Source: Octopus bimaculoides
Taxonomy: Eukaryota
Direction: 5' to 3'
DNA length: 64,000 nt
NCBI RefSeq assembly: GCF_001194135.2
Contig: NC_068982.1
Coordinates: 37,334,466-37,398,465 of the forward strand
In this document: in pieces, positions 37,190 through 50,966 of the stretch
How the letters are laid out: every line of letters starts with the position of its first letter
Numbering within the stretch: position 1 is the stretch's first letter
Notes under the pieces: model-generated
Told to the model about the DNA's origin: nothing
The model's input: only the letters and a program-made list of their open reading frames with translations
Database searches by the model: none
Program-made: the position numbers and the translations under genes

Positions 37190-38864
37190 GTTTTTTCATT
37201 AAAATGCCAAATATATGAGATTAAAACAGATTACGCCGGATAGCCCAAACCACTGATTAGCAACCAGTAGTTATCATAGCTTTCTATATTACCAGCCAAA
37301 CAGAATTTATAGAAAACTGAAGCAATAGCAATCTGATTATAAGTAATAATGTAATTTTGAATTGCAATTTTAGAGGCAGCAGTCATTATTGCAGTAGTTG
37401 TAATAATTGTATAATAATCATGGTGCAGCTACAAATGATACTTCATCAATTAATTAGTATTAAGGGGACCAATGATTTAACTACTAGAATAATTTTTATG
37501 ATTGATTTCCTTTTTTCTGTTATTTTCCCAATTGTAATTTTTTACAACTATTTTATTCTCCACTACAATTTCCCACACTCACACCTTTACAATATTAATT
37601 CCTTGCAAGAAATACTCTGTGTGTGTGTATGACCATTCATAATTTTCTCATCCAAAGATTTTCAGTAGATGGTGTCAAATCTTTTTAAATGTTCTTCTCT
37701 GGGAAGGAAAGTTTCTTCTAAGTACCTTTTAGGACACTACTACAATGAAAACATGTTAAAAAAAAAAAGAAAGAAAAAAAAATTTCGTAACATAACTTTC
37801 TTACAGTTTGATGCTGCTCAGTAGAAAAATACTTGTCAGTTGTAATTGTATATTTCCAGGAGGTTATGAGATCAAATGAATTTGAAGATTTAAATAAGAG
37901 AATATATATATATAAAATAAAGCCCTAGTGAGAGTTACAGCTTATCAATAAGAATTAAAATTAAAACACTAATGTGCTACTTTCTAGGTGGTTGATAGTT
38001 TTCTTATTCAGAATTGTGTATTTTACTTTTGGTGATCTTAAATGTGTGGGGGACTTTTAATGTCTTTTTCATTTAGAATTCCACAACAAAATATTTATTA
38101 GTTTTTGTGTTTGTACTGTCTCTTTACTGTACAAATAACTGTTTTATTTTGTGTATATACTGATTAGTTGTGCACACAGAAAATTACTGTTGTCTCTCCT
38201 CATAAATGCACTCACTACTAAAAGTAAATATTTGTATTTAATCTATGACTATTTTTATCTTTGCTGTGGCTGTGTTAATCCACTAAACTGGGATACTTCA
38301 TCATTAATACTTTAAGGAGGATATACACAAACACACACACACAGTCACATATACATGCTTAAGAGTTATTCTATTATTTACATCATTGTCATTCCTATAC
38401 TCTGTGTATAAACCAACGGGTATCGTCATGTTTTCCTCTTCTTTGTTTTTGTGCTTATTCTTCATTTAACGTTATAACTACTGCAAACTAAAATAATTCT
38501 ACTTTCTCATGCAATACACAGTGGAAGACAAATGGCTGCAATCAATTTCTATTTTTATATTCTGTCCTGCCACATTTCATATAATGTTAAAGACAAACTT
38601 CCAAAATAATAATTCACTAGTATAATACTGATGTATTACATGTACCAGTATATCATTATTCTGAGATGGTTATCTAAAATTTTTTTCACTGTTCATTTTA
38701 ATACGATTAATTTATTGTTAGTATTTTTTCATATTTACTGAAATTATGAAATTATACTTATGGATCCCTACTGTTCATTAGATGAAGCTTAAGGATTATT
38801 GTGATTACTAACTACATTACTTTATAGTTCTATATGAAGTTAGCTACTGATTTATATTTTTCAG

Positions 38865-38926
38865 CCATGCTACTGAAACCACTCATTGGGACCACCCTAA
38901 AATGACAGAGCTGTTGAATGTTCTAG
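38865..38926 (+). CDS. DMD: Dystrophin exon, human exon 63 equivalent (WW domain, second half), phase 2 to 1
   Basis: tttcag/gtatgt borders, 62 nt; (N)HATETTHWDHPKMTELLNVL(A). Confidence 0.96.
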
Positions 38927-39014
38927 GTATGTTGCATTTTATATCTTTTATCTTTATCTTTTACTTATTTTTAAGTTGAATACTTCCTGTATTGGTCTCT
39001 TTGGTTGAACAGCT

Positions 39015-39260
39015 AAGTTACAGAGATGTAAACAAACTGAAATCAGTTGTCAAGTGGTGGTGGAAGACAAATACATGCACACACACACACACACATACAT
39101 GTATATGACAAGCTTCCACACAGTTTCCACTTACCAAATTCTCTCACAAGGTATTGGTCAGCTTTAGGCTATAGTAGAAGGCACTTACCGAATGTGCCAT
39201 GCAGTGGGACTGACCTCAAAACTAAGTAGTTTCAAAACAAGCTACTTTACCCCCTGTATA
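39015..39260 (-). mobile_element. Degenerate tRNA-derived SINE (9925 family), antisense
   Basis: cagtttccacttaccaaattctctcacaagg...ctatagtagaaggcactt...cagtgggactga is the reverse complement of the 9925 landmarks. Confidence 0.72.
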
Positions 39261-39731
39261 TGTATCCTACCTATGCAAATAAATAACAATTTTTTTTTTA
39301 ATTCCTTTTCACTCTTTATTTTTGAACTTTTCATGTCCAAAAATTATGATTTCAAACAAAAAATTTGTGACTCGTAATTATACCAAGTATTCAATGATTT
39401 TAGTGCTATTACGTTAATGCTGTTAAAAAGATTACAAGAATCATAGCATTCCACTTGTATATTTTTAAAGAATAATCACAAAAAATTAGCACAAACAAAC
39501 ACGTCATTAGCTTTGAAAAAAGTTTTGCTAGAAGTGCAATAATTTTGCTAAAGTGTGTGTTACACATTACTCTGAAAATTGGATATGTCCATAGCCTGTT
39601 GAGGTCTTTCTAAGGTGATTTCCTAAATATTTAAGTTAGATGAGTCAAATTTTTTATGTGTTTGAATATATATATATATATGTGTATGTGTGTGTGTATA
39701 TCTATATAGCTTTTTTAATCTTATCTTCCAG

Positions 39732-39806
39732 CTGACTTCAACAATATCCGTTTTGCTGCCTATCGGACAGCTATGAAACTACGATTATTACAGAAGAAGC
39801 TTTGTA
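39732..39806 (+). CDS. DMD: Dystrophin exon, human exon 64 equivalent (EF-hand region), phase 1 to 1
   Basis: ttccag/gtaagt borders, 75 nt; (A)[24 protein letters not shown](M). Confidence 0.97.
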
Positions 39807-40819
39807 GTAAGTGAATAATCTATACCTTTAATACACTTGCAGTTTAAGACCTCAATCACAGCCAAATTGATATCCATAGTTTACTATCTTTTGATTTCTG
39901 TTGTTTAATACTTTTAGAGATTGTGCAGATAGTAACATCTAGATTACATACTTTAGAGTACTTAGTTCATATTTCAAATTTTACTGAAGTTTTCTAAGAC
40001 GTTTATCCAATCTGGAGTTGATTAATATGAGCTGCAATAATATTCTAAGATTTGATCAGTCAACAATACCCCTTACAAAAGTGTCCTTACACCTAATCAA
40101 AATTAGAATTATTTTTTTCTTTTTTTCTCATATAATTAAGATATTTATTAACTCCTGAACAAACTTAATCTCTTATTTCATCTTTACATCTTTATTTGTA
40201 GGACACATTCTACTTAGGAATTCTGTGCAAGAACTTTTCTTTTCTTTTTTTTTTCTTTTTGCTCTGTACTTAAGTGTTGAAGCTACTAAGCACTTGAACC
40301 CTTTTAATAGGGTGAAATAAAAGCCTATGGTATGGCACCACTATGTCAGTTGGATAGTAATTACGTCTTGCCTCAAACTATCAACTTTGTAGTAGCATTT
40401 TGTTCCTGAATGATTTATTGTAAAGTAATATTCTGCCTGGCAGCTTGGATGTAATTCAACAACCCTTGATAATTGTATTATTTATTTCTTTTACTAGTTT
40501 CAGTCATTAAACTGGGGTCATACTAGAACAACTCTCTTCAAAGTTTTAGTCAATGAAATCAATCCTAGTTCCTATTTCTGTTCAGTACTTATTTTATTGA
40601 ATTCTAATTGTCAGACTGCTAAGTTAGAGAACCTAAATGGACACAACATAAACAACACTCGTGTAGACATAAACACAGAGACACAGACATAAAGACACTT
40701 TATCCTCATACTATAGGATCAAACCCAGATCCATGAGATGGCAAAATGAATTTCTTAACTATGTAGCCATACCTGCACATGTATATAATGTAATTATTTG
40801 CTAACAGAGAGTAAACATT

Positions 40820-40856
<37 letters not shown>

Positions 40857-41971
40857 TTAATTGTCAGTATAGACTAGAAAGAAGTTGTGTTTAGTAATGT
40901 AATGATTCTTTACTTGGTCCAGAAATAATTTTATAAAAGTTCCAATTTTTACAATTTTTTTTTTATTTTTTCACTTTTGAAATTTGATATAACTTTTATT
41001 CTGATATTTTTTAGACTCTGAGAATATTTTATGATGGTAATTAAAATTAATCCAAATTCTTGGGGGTTTATGGATTAGAAAAATATTCAGCATTTCTCTA
41101 AATTCAATTACATTCTTTTCAAAACTTCACCCTTTGATTTTAAAAGCTTATTTTTTTTTAAATCTTATACATTTGTATAAAGTTCTAGACTTATTCTGAA
41201 TCTGGAATCACTTGTGAGTGATTGTATTGAGTTAAAATTTCTTGATTAAAAACATTGGACTTATGAAGTTCCATAAATGTATATAAAGATGTTATAAACT
41301 CAGAAATCCCCTGAAATTGGCTCGAGTGTTTATATTTTTGTTCAGTTATCATCTTTTGTAATGAATTAAAAAGATTCCACCAGTCTCTTTACTAATACAA
41401 AGTAAAAATTGTTTATAGAGTGCAATGCAAAGGCTAATTGTTTTTTTGTTTTTTTTTTTGGTGGGGGTGCATATGGTTAAGAAAATCCATGAGCCTTTTC
41501 AAAACCTCCTGTATTAATAGGAGGAAATTCTCCTCAGAACAGTGATCCAGTCTATATGTTTACAGTAGAGTAGATTCAGCTATACTTACTTGCCCAAGGT
41601 ACTGCATGAGTGGCTTGAACCCAAAACCACATAGTTGCCCAATAAACTTTTAACAACACACCTATGTTTATATCTAATTAGTTTCAGTGCACACTAGACA
41701 TTGATTTTATTGATCCTGGATGGCTAAAAAGAGATCTCAACTCTGCTTAACTTTATTATAGCAATGATGGTGAAGGATATAATTTTTACTTAACAAAATG
41801 CATAACGAACCATCTGTATTGAAACTGATATATGGAGTTGCCTTCTATTTTAACATGGAGATTACTCCAATTAAGAACTTCGTTAAAGTTTTCACCAAAA
41901 TATTGTATTATGTACTTGTAAAAATAATCCAATTTCTTCTTGTCCTCACAAAACTGTATATTTTTTTTCAG

Positions 41972-42176
41972 TGGATCTTTTGGAAATGAGTATGGCAGTG
42001 GATTCTTTTGACCAACATGGCCTGAAAGATGAAAATGATAAACTCATTGATGTTATAGATATCATCATTTGTTTGAACTCTATGTATGAAGGAATCGCTG
42101 ACTTACATCCTACATTAGTGAATGTACCTTTGTGTGTTGACCTAAGTTTGAACTGGGTGTTGAATGCTTATGATGT
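41972..42176 (+). CDS. DMD: Dystrophin exon, human exon 65 equivalent (EF-hand), phase 1 to 2
   Basis: tttcag/gtaagt borders; (M)DLLEMSMAVDSFDQHGLKDENDKLIDVIDIIICLNSMYEGIADLHPTLVNVPLCVDLSLNWVLNAYD(V). Confidence 0.97.
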
Positions 42177-42514
42177 GTAAGTTGTTCAAAATTGTTTTTC
42201 GTTTTCTTTTTCAAGATATAATCTCTACACTTATTTATGATGATGAAATTGAATTTCCAACTTTTGTAGAAAGAATGCATTTTATGTTCCATAATCAAAT
42301 GCCTTTTGAATTGTCGATAATATTTGAAATATATGAAATGTGTTTAAACTATAACTTTTTTAGTGAATGCTTTTAAATTAAACAAACATGATTCTACCAT
42401 GCACAAACTGATTTGTGTTCCATGACAGCATCTTGCATTTGTCTATTAATATATTTATTCATATACACATGCATACATGTCAATATTGAGTACTTCTTGT
42501 TTGTAAATTCAAAC

Positions 42515-42860
42515 ATCATTATCATCATTTTGTGTCTCTTTCTGTGCTAGCATTGGTTGGATAGACCATTGTAAACTGAGACAGTTCTTTTCCAATGCCC
42601 TCCTAGATGGGTCTCATCTTACATTCTATTTTGGCTTAGATTCTATTGCTACATGCTCTTCCTAACACAAACTGCTTTACAGAATGTACTAGGTGCATTT
42701 TTGTCATGACACCAACACTAGATACTATTTCAGTCCTCTTGACATTACACTGTACTTGCTACCAAATGTTTTATAAATGTTTTATTACGGCACCAATGCT
42801 GATAAGTCGCCTTGTCCTTGCTACTCTAGGCAGTCTCCATCTATTCAAGGCAATGTAACC
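42515..42860 (-). mobile_element. Degenerate element with RTE-type tail, antisense
   Basis: atcatcattatcatcatt, tgctagcattggttgga, ctcttcctaacac landmarks. Confidence 0.55.
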
Positions 42861-44184
42861 AATAAGGTAAAAAGAAGAGAGCTATGTGAAAAGATGAGCT
42901 TGGTTTAGAGGGTAAATGAAGCCAGTATATGATAGGAGAAACAATGTAATCTGCATGACAGGCTGATGTAGGAGAAAGGATAATGCCCAGCTACTTACAT
43001 GCTAATTCAGAAGTAGATAATTTAGTTAATCAAACAACTGAATCCTCATCATTGAACAAATGGAGCACCATCCATCCATCTATATGCATATGTCTGTGTG
43101 TCTCATATTGCCACTGTCTGAACTAAAACAATGACTTTATATATCTCTTGTAAGCAATATGTTCCATAGCTTAGTAGTTTTAATTATGTGTGAAAACAAG
43201 TAGAATAAAAGTATATTACTTAAAATATAAAGGGTTGGCAACAAGAAAAGCATGTTGTCATAGAATACAGTCTCAGCAACTTCTGCAAACCCATACCAGC
43301 AGACATAAAACCGATGATGGTGGTGGCAATGGCAGCAGCAACAAAAATGATTGTGTGTGTGTTGATGTGTTGTGCTGTGATGAGATTACTTTCTCTTTCA
43401 GGGCAGATTTTAGTGAGCATTGTTGATTCCATAACTGATTTTTAATGTTTTAAGTCATAGCACTTATAACAATGCAGTAGTTACTTTATTTGTACCCTCT
43501 GTGTGTGTGTGTGTGTGTGTTACACACACATACATACACCTATGTTTGAGTGTGTAAATGCATACACATAAGTCATAGTATTTATAATAATGTGGTAGTT
43601 ATTGTAGTTATTTATACCCTATATACACATACATACATACACACATGTATGTTTGAGTGTGTGAATACGTATATACAGACAGGCAGTCACTGATTATTGT
43701 TCTCTCATTTTCATTTTCTTTCTCTTTGTCCCTTCTCCAGCTACCAGTTTTCTCCTTTTTCCCTTTCAATATCTCATGCCACTCATTCTTCTACTACTGT
43801 TCTTTTTATTATTGTTGATATTGCCACCTATACCTGAAGTGTTTTTTTATAACAGTTCTGATACTTGTGAAATGTGTGCATGTATGTTTGTCTGTGTGTG
43901 TATATCCACATCTATTTAATATACTTGTAAAGCAACAGATTTATATATTGATGAACAAAACATATATATGAGTGTAAACATTTGATTCTGTATGTGTATG
44001 TAGCTTAAATATACATATTTATCGTTTGTTCCATGCTAGCATGGTGAGCCAAATATGTTATTATAGCATTGTTTTCAGCTGAAAACCCTTGTTTTTCAGA
44101 CATGGGATCCCTTATTTTACATATCTTTACATACTCAAAGTGAACATGTGATGATCATTTGTTGATAGAAGAAATGATAGACAG

Positions 44185-44217
<33 letters not shown>

Positions 44218-44239
44218 CCTACATACACATGCACATAGT

Positions 44240-44358
44240 TTTGGTCAGCATGTGGCTGTAGTAGAAAACATTTTGCCAAGGTGTCAGTCAAGTAATGAGG
44301 TGAACCCAAGACCACATGGTTGGGAAGCAAATTTCTTAACCACATAGCCATGCCTGCA
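44240..44358 (-). mobile_element. SINE head (9925 family), antisense
   Basis: tgaacccaagaccacatggttgggaagcaaatttcttaaccacatagccatgcctgc. Confidence 0.7.
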
Positions 44359-44410
44359 CTTATATATATTTATGTATACACACACATACAAACACACACA
44401 CATACAAACA

Positions 44411-45121
44411 CATGGTGCAGTGAATAAACTGTCGTCTAAATTACACAGAAATGAAAATAACACTGACATCTCATTTTAACAGATATATTTGCCAAAATTA
44501 TTTTTAAATATCTTGAAATAATAAAGAGTAAATTTAATCAATAAAATCATCATTGGCTTCAACTACAACCTCCAGACGACTTCAGAATCTCTTGGACAGT
44601 CTCCTTGTTTAAGTTGGTGAATGCTGCCATAATCCTTGCCTTCAGTTCACCTTTGGCGTTACGAGTTTTGTTGGTCTCTCACTCTACTGCAACCCACACA
44701 TAATAATCAAGGGGGTTGCAGCCTGGGGAGTTAGGTGACCAGATGTTAGGGGTGATGTGGTCACAGAAATTGTCTGACTGCCATGACTAGTTTCTCCTGC
44801 TTGTGTGGCATGGTGCAGAGTCCTGTTGCCAGACATAGGGTCTTCCAGCAGCCAGCCTCTTGACCAAGAGTAGCACTACCTCCTCCAGGGACTTGATGTA
44901 GACCTCTATGTTAAGTCTAAGATGAATGGAGGCATAACATCACCATCACAAATACCATGATGTTGACTAGATGTATGATTTTTATCACATCCAGCACAAA
45001 TACCAAACAGTACAGCATGCTGTTTTCAAATTTTTGATGGAGTGAATTGCGTCATGGTGCTGTTTTTCTCACAGACAGTGCCCAACTGCCCCTACTTATG
45101 TGCAATTTACCCATCGCACCC

Positions 45122-45123
<2 letters not shown>
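44411..45123 (-). mobile_element. Internally deleted Tc1/mariner transposon, DD37D (maT) type
   Basis: Minus frame YVWQQDSAPCHT...WSPNSPGCNPLDYYVW with exactly 37 residues between the two Ds; start ATG at 45055; degenerate TIRs cagggtgcgatgggtaaattg / catggtgcagtgaataaactg (15/21). Confidence 0.85.
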
Positions 45124-45166
<43 letters not shown>

Positions 45167-45568
45167 NNNNNNNNNNNNNNNNNNNNNNNNNNNNNNNNNN
45201 NNNNNNNNNNNNNNNNNNNNNNNNNNNNNNNNNNNNNNNNNNNNNNNNNNNNNNNNNNNNNNNNNNNNNNNNNNNNNNNNNNNNNNNNNNNNNNNNNNNN
45301 NNNNNNNNNNNNNNNNNNNNNNNNNNNNNNNNNNNNNNNNNNNNNNNNNNNNNNNNNNNNNNNNNNNNNNNNNNNNNNNNNNNNNNNNNNNNNNNNNNNN
45401 NNNNNNNNNNNNNNNNNNNNNNNNNNNNNNNNNNNNNNNNNNNNNNNNNNNNNNNNNNNNNNNNNNNNNNNNNNNNNNNNNNNNNNNNNNNNNNNNNNNN
45501 NNNNNNNNNNNNNNNNNNNNNNNNNNNNNNNNNNNNNNNNNNNNNNNNNNNNNNNNNNNNNNNNNNNN
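45167..45568. other. Assembly gap (N run)
   Basis: Ns between (TA)n and poly-T. Confidence 0.99.
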
Positions 45569-46859
45569 TTTTTTTTTTTTTTTTGTGCTATAGTTCAAAT
45601 CTCATGGAAATTACTTTGACTCATCATTCTACAATTAGTAAATGAAGCACCAATCAAATACTGGTGTCAAATTTCTCTCTCTCTCTCACACACACACACA
45701 TTGTTTTATCAAAAAAGGCATCAGAAACCACCCACTTTTCTCCAGAAATGAAGAAGTTTTGAGTTAGAGACTAGCAAATTTTTCTCGTATTGGTTTCAAA
45801 TTTTTTAAATCCTTAAATTTATTTAATTAATATAAGCTTATATCTTGAAAATTGTTAACTCCTTTACATTATTTTATTGTGTGACAAACTAGTTTATTTC
45901 ATGTATTTCGAAATTAAATTCTTATGATGAAATGTGAATATAGAAGCCAACCTCATAATCTGCACTTCCAAATTACAAAAAGCTGTTTCAAATGTCAGTA
46001 TGCCAAATGAGCTGTGTCTTCAAGGATTGATCACTTAGCAATAGCATACAATAAAATCTTATCATCTATTCTTTGATGTAATGCTTATGTACCATTACTT
46101 TTATTTATTGGTTTTAAGGACATATATTATTGTACAGTGTATTTAACTGCTATAGCAGAGAAGAATAGATCAAAACTATTCTTGTGAGCATGTGTGCACT
46201 TGTGCTTAACTGTATGTATTTGACAGCTTGCTTGATTATAAGAAATTTTCTTTTGACCATTAATTGAATTTTATGACTTTTAAACATTGAAATTTATAGA
46301 ACATATTACAAAATATTTATCTTGCTACTTGGTAAGAAATAGAAATCTAAAGGATTATTTATTGATCTTTCATAGATAAAGTAGTTATTTAGTCTCGTTT
46401 GATATCTATCTTTGCATGTCATTTTTCTTACAAATATAAGACTTAAGCTTGCATTAAATTATGAAAAAAAAATGTCAGGTGTAATCAGTGATCTGTTGCT
46501 ATTTTATTGAAGCTATTTCAAAGATAATTCATGTCATCTAAACTTTCATTAACTTACCCCTACCAAGAGAGCTGCCAGGTATCTTAGAGATTAAAGTGGA
46601 TTTGGAATTCTTGGAACAGTTTTTAGAATATGGAAACTATTAATTACTTAATAAGGTTGTTGTAATTTTCCTCTACATTTTATTAAAGTTGACTGTGAAA
46701 TCAAAAGAGAGTTATAAAAGTCTTCTTGAATTTTGTTGTATAGTTTTATTTGCATAATCTGTAGGCAGTGGGGTATGTTTAAAAAAATTATCTTAATGTA
46801 TTTGAGAAGGAAAAGTGAGACGTATATGTAGTTGAAATATATGCGTGTGCATGCATACA

Positions 46860-46861
<2 letters not shown>

Positions 46862-46911
<50 letters not shown>

Positions 46912-46956
46912 CTCTCTCTCTCTCTCTCACTCACTCACTCACTCACTCACTCACTC
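46862..46956. repeat. Compound (CA)n-(CT)n-(CACT)n microsatellite
   Basis: Direct reading. Confidence 0.95.
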
Positions 46957-47999
46957 AATATGTGTGTGTCATTCTATTTAATTTTCTATGTTGGTCTGTC
47001 ACCTTTGCATTCACAAAAGAAAAGTTCTGGTATAAAATGGTGTAAACATTATTGGTTGCCAATAAAGAAGTGTTCAGTATGTCATTTTGACATGTCATTT
47101 TACTTCATTATAACCATCATCATCATATCTGTTTCTCCATGCTGATAAGGATTGTAGGTGTCTGTAATGCAGCAGCTTTCCATTCATGTTTATCCTGTAT
47201 TATCGCATCATAATAACTCTCAAGTCTAAATGGGCCCCTACTTTTCCCTCACCTCTCTTCTTTATCTGTGGCTATTAAAAATAACTTTTGCTACAAACCT
47301 ATGATATGTTTTTGCTCTGAACACATCATTGATTCACATGACAAAGCCATACCTAACCAGTCATTTTCTTATCTTACATAATGTCTTTGATGTTCAGTCA
47401 CTTTTTCAACTCACACTTATTCTTCCTCATAAGTTAACATTTGTACATCTAACAATAATAATCAACTCATTCTTCTGCCTAGATGCTTTCCATTTACTTC
47501 TATGCAGTATTTCGATTCATAAAGTGCTTCATAAAGTGTGCCTTTCATGAAACTTTGTTGCTGCTAACAGTGATTATAGTCTTCCAAACTTATTCTATAA
47601 CCCTTAAAACCTAACCACAATACTGTCATTAATTTTACTGCTATTTCTAAATTTCCTACACAGAAGACATAAATTTACTGCTACAGCAAGCAAACTAGCC
47701 AAGCAGTCTATGGTCCTAAGATCATGGAAGCTGAGTGCTTTTACTGAACCTAAAATTCCATAGTTTTTCTATCAGTATCATGTACTCTATGTTTGCACTG
47801 GCTTTTGATATCCTACTTCTCTCTTACTAACATTCCGATGTCGACAGGCTTTTTTAGCCTTTGTTATTAACTAGTATCTAAATCTTAGTGGTTTTCTATC
47901 CAGACGTTTTAACTCCTACCTAACTTTCTATTTTATTTCTGCTCTATGTATATGCTTAAATTATTTTCCCTGCCCCTAATATTTCTGTTTTTTTCTTTT

Positions 48000-48440
48000 C
48001 CACCTCATCATACTACTGATTATTTCACGTGTTGGGAGCATTTTGAATATTCCTCTTCTTGCTAATAGGTTTTGCTTGGGTTAACATGGCAATAACCATC
48101 CATCTTTTCATAGCAATGTAGGTCACAACATTTAGTGCTGGTATCTTCAGAATCATTTTGAAGAGGATTTCTCTGAGATATACTTGTTAAACACTCATTG
48201 TGACATGGTTTTTTCCACTACTATTTCTCTTTTCTCTTTCAGCAAATTCTGATAGAAGTCCTCATTTCAATTTACTTCAGATTCTTTATTTGATAACTAA
48301 TCATATTTGTCGAGTGTATTACTATATTAAATACTTTTTTACAAGCAGTTGTGTGAAAAGCTAGAAATAGATTTGTTTGGTTTTTCATCAGAAATGCAAC
48401 TGTATTCCCATTTTGAAGTTGTCTTGATTGATATCTAATA
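48000..48440. repeat. Copy 1 of a diverged ~440-nt direct repeat
   Basis: Shares ttcttgctaataggttttgcttgggttaacatggca (36 nt) and atcattttgaagaggatttctctg (24 nt) with 49715-50160. Confidence 0.85.
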
Positions 48441-49714
48441 TCACATACACATTGTAGAAGCATCTGTTGTACTGAATAACCTTTACAACAGGCTTATTTA
48501 AAGCAGTGTATGTTTGTAAAATATCCTACCCATCTCTCTTTTACTTTGCCATCTGTGTCCCAAGCTAGTTTCTACATATGCTTTCAGTTTGGAGTGGGGC
48601 TAGCAAGGTATAGATTCATGCATATTACTTCATGTACCTACATAATATGAGAGATATTAAATATATTCCTTATGCAGACACATTCTTGTGAATAAACTTT
48701 GTGTGTGTAGGCATGCATAGAGTATGTGTGAGCTTTTTTAAATATAGAAACTTATGTAAACAGGCATAAATTGGATGTATGAGTTATTGGTGCCAGCCTT
48801 CCTTTTCACATATTGTACAGTTTCATTCAAGGAATCTAAACATCAATTAATTCATCAACAGCATTGTGTGTGTGTATTTGGTTGAAGTACAATTTTGATA
48901 ATTGAATACAAATAAAAGGCACGCTAGTTGTTAATTTTGGTAATTAAAAATCATTAAGGTCACTTGAATAAGTTATTCCTACCAAAATAAATCTTTAGCA
49001 AACCTGCACTGCTGTGTAGCTTTCAAGAGAATGCTCTTAAAATATTTGCACATGAACAAAATGATTATTTTATGTTCAGATATTCCTCAGTTACTAATTG
49101 ACTCCACTATCAACTAAAGTTACAATACAACTACAATGCTATAGAACTACTATTGATTTCAAAATATTCTCTTGGACTTTAAGTCCTGAAATTCCTTCAC
49201 TGTAAAAAAATTTTTCAAAATTACATTAAAGGTGGTAAAGGTTATTTTATCAATTTACATATATGTACCATCATCATTCAGTTTTACATTCATTTTATCA
49301 TACTGACATTCATTTGACAGGTTTGAAATTTGCAGACAAAATCGCTCACATATCTGCACACACACTCATATACATTCAACAACTTCTGTTAATATGCATA
49401 GAAATGCTAGTTTTCTAAACCTTTTATTTCACTTTTTACACTTTCACCTTGCAATAAATAACTGACTTTTATTCTTTGTTTCTGGTCAAATAACTGTTCT
49501 GAAAGTCACAAAAGAAGTGTCTTCATCTTGTTCTATGTTCCATTGTGTTTAGTTTCTGTAATCTAATTTTATTTTGTAATTTGAAAGACAAAACAAAAAT
49601 TTGTGCTGTGATATTTGTTTTCTGGTATACTATTTTTCTAAGCATACTTTATTTTTCTGCACATGCACATATCTCTCTCCTACCTCTACAACTTAATTTT
49701 ACTTCCCAACCCCC

Positions 49715-50160
49715 CTCATACTATTGATTATGGATTAATATACCACAATTCACATGTTGGAAGCAATCGGAATATTTCCTTTCTTGCTAATAGGTTTTGC
49801 TTGGGTTAACATGGCAGTTGCTATCCATCTTCTCATAACAATTTAGGTCAGAGCTTTTAGTGCTGATGTCTTACAAATCATTTTGAAGAGGATTTCTCTG
49901 CGATAACACTTGTAAAACACTATCATTATTACACTTGATATATATATTTTTTGCCATTTCTCATTTCTCTTTTGGCAAATTCTGACTCGAAATCCTCATT
50001 TTAGTTTACTTCAGATGCTTCTTATGATAAACAACTACATTTATCAAGTGTATTAAATACTTTTTTTACAAGTACTTGTGGAAAGAAAAAAATACAAAAT
50101 TGTTGATTTTTATAAAGAATACAACTATGTTCCAGTTCTGAGAGTTTGTTAAATGATATC
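49715..50160. repeat. Copy 2 of the diverged direct repeat
   Basis: Collinear with 48000-48440. Confidence 0.85.
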
Positions 50161-50599
50161 GATATATTATTTATTTTTTTTTTTGGCATTGTGTCTCCAT
50201 ACCATTCAATGGAGTATTTATTTACTCCATGCTACCTTTATAACTTAGAGCATAACCTTATTATATAGTGTCTATGATAAAGTTTTTACAATCAATCAAA
50301 GCCACACAAAAAATTGCCATGTTCAGATATCATTTCTAAATAGCTTTTCTGATGCTAAAATTAGATTAAATTTCTCCTCAAAATCAAAACTTGCTGCTAA
50401 GAATTTTGACAACTTTAAATAAATGTTTGGTGACTTGCAAGAAGCTTATTTCAGTTACAAATCTGCCTCTTTCAGCTGTATAAAGGAAAGAGGGTCAACA
50501 CATGTAATAGGTTATTAATTGTTTCTATTCATTGTGGCTCAGATTTCATGAATGTCCTTAGATAACTTTACTTTAACACTATGTTCCATTTAATTATTT

Positions 50600-50828
50600 T
50601 TAACCCTTTAGTATTTAAACTGGCCATATGAGGCCCAAATATTCTATCTGTTTTATGTTCAAACCAGCCAGATCCAGCTTCTCACACTTACTCAACAATG
50701 TCATTCTAATAATAAAACAATCTCAACATGAGAATCTTGAAGCTACGAGATAATGCATTTTTTATTGAAAGCAATGTGAATAAAAAAGCATTACTTTTGC
50801 CAGAGGAATCTGAATGCTAAAGGGTTAA
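50600..50828. mobile_element. piggyBac-like MITE
   Basis: ttaaccctttagtattt ... tgaatgctaaagggttaa: TTAA flanks, CCCT/AGGG termini, ~18-nt TIR. Confidence 0.82.
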
Positions 50829-50909
50829 AGTATATAGAACTCCGAAAATATAAAGTTTTTTTGTTTTTTTTATAGTTTCAGCTTTGAGCTGCGGCCATGC
50901 TGATGCACT

Positions 50910-50966
<57 letters not shown>

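Noticed and set aside
38400-38640. Dp71-like first exon in the intron 62 equivalent (tataaa, a few CpGs, short ATG frames)
   Set aside because: No ATG frame reaches a credible phase-2 donor; cannot be supported without transcript data.
45042-45645. 160-190-aa ORFs
   Set aside because: Translation through N runs and (TA)n.
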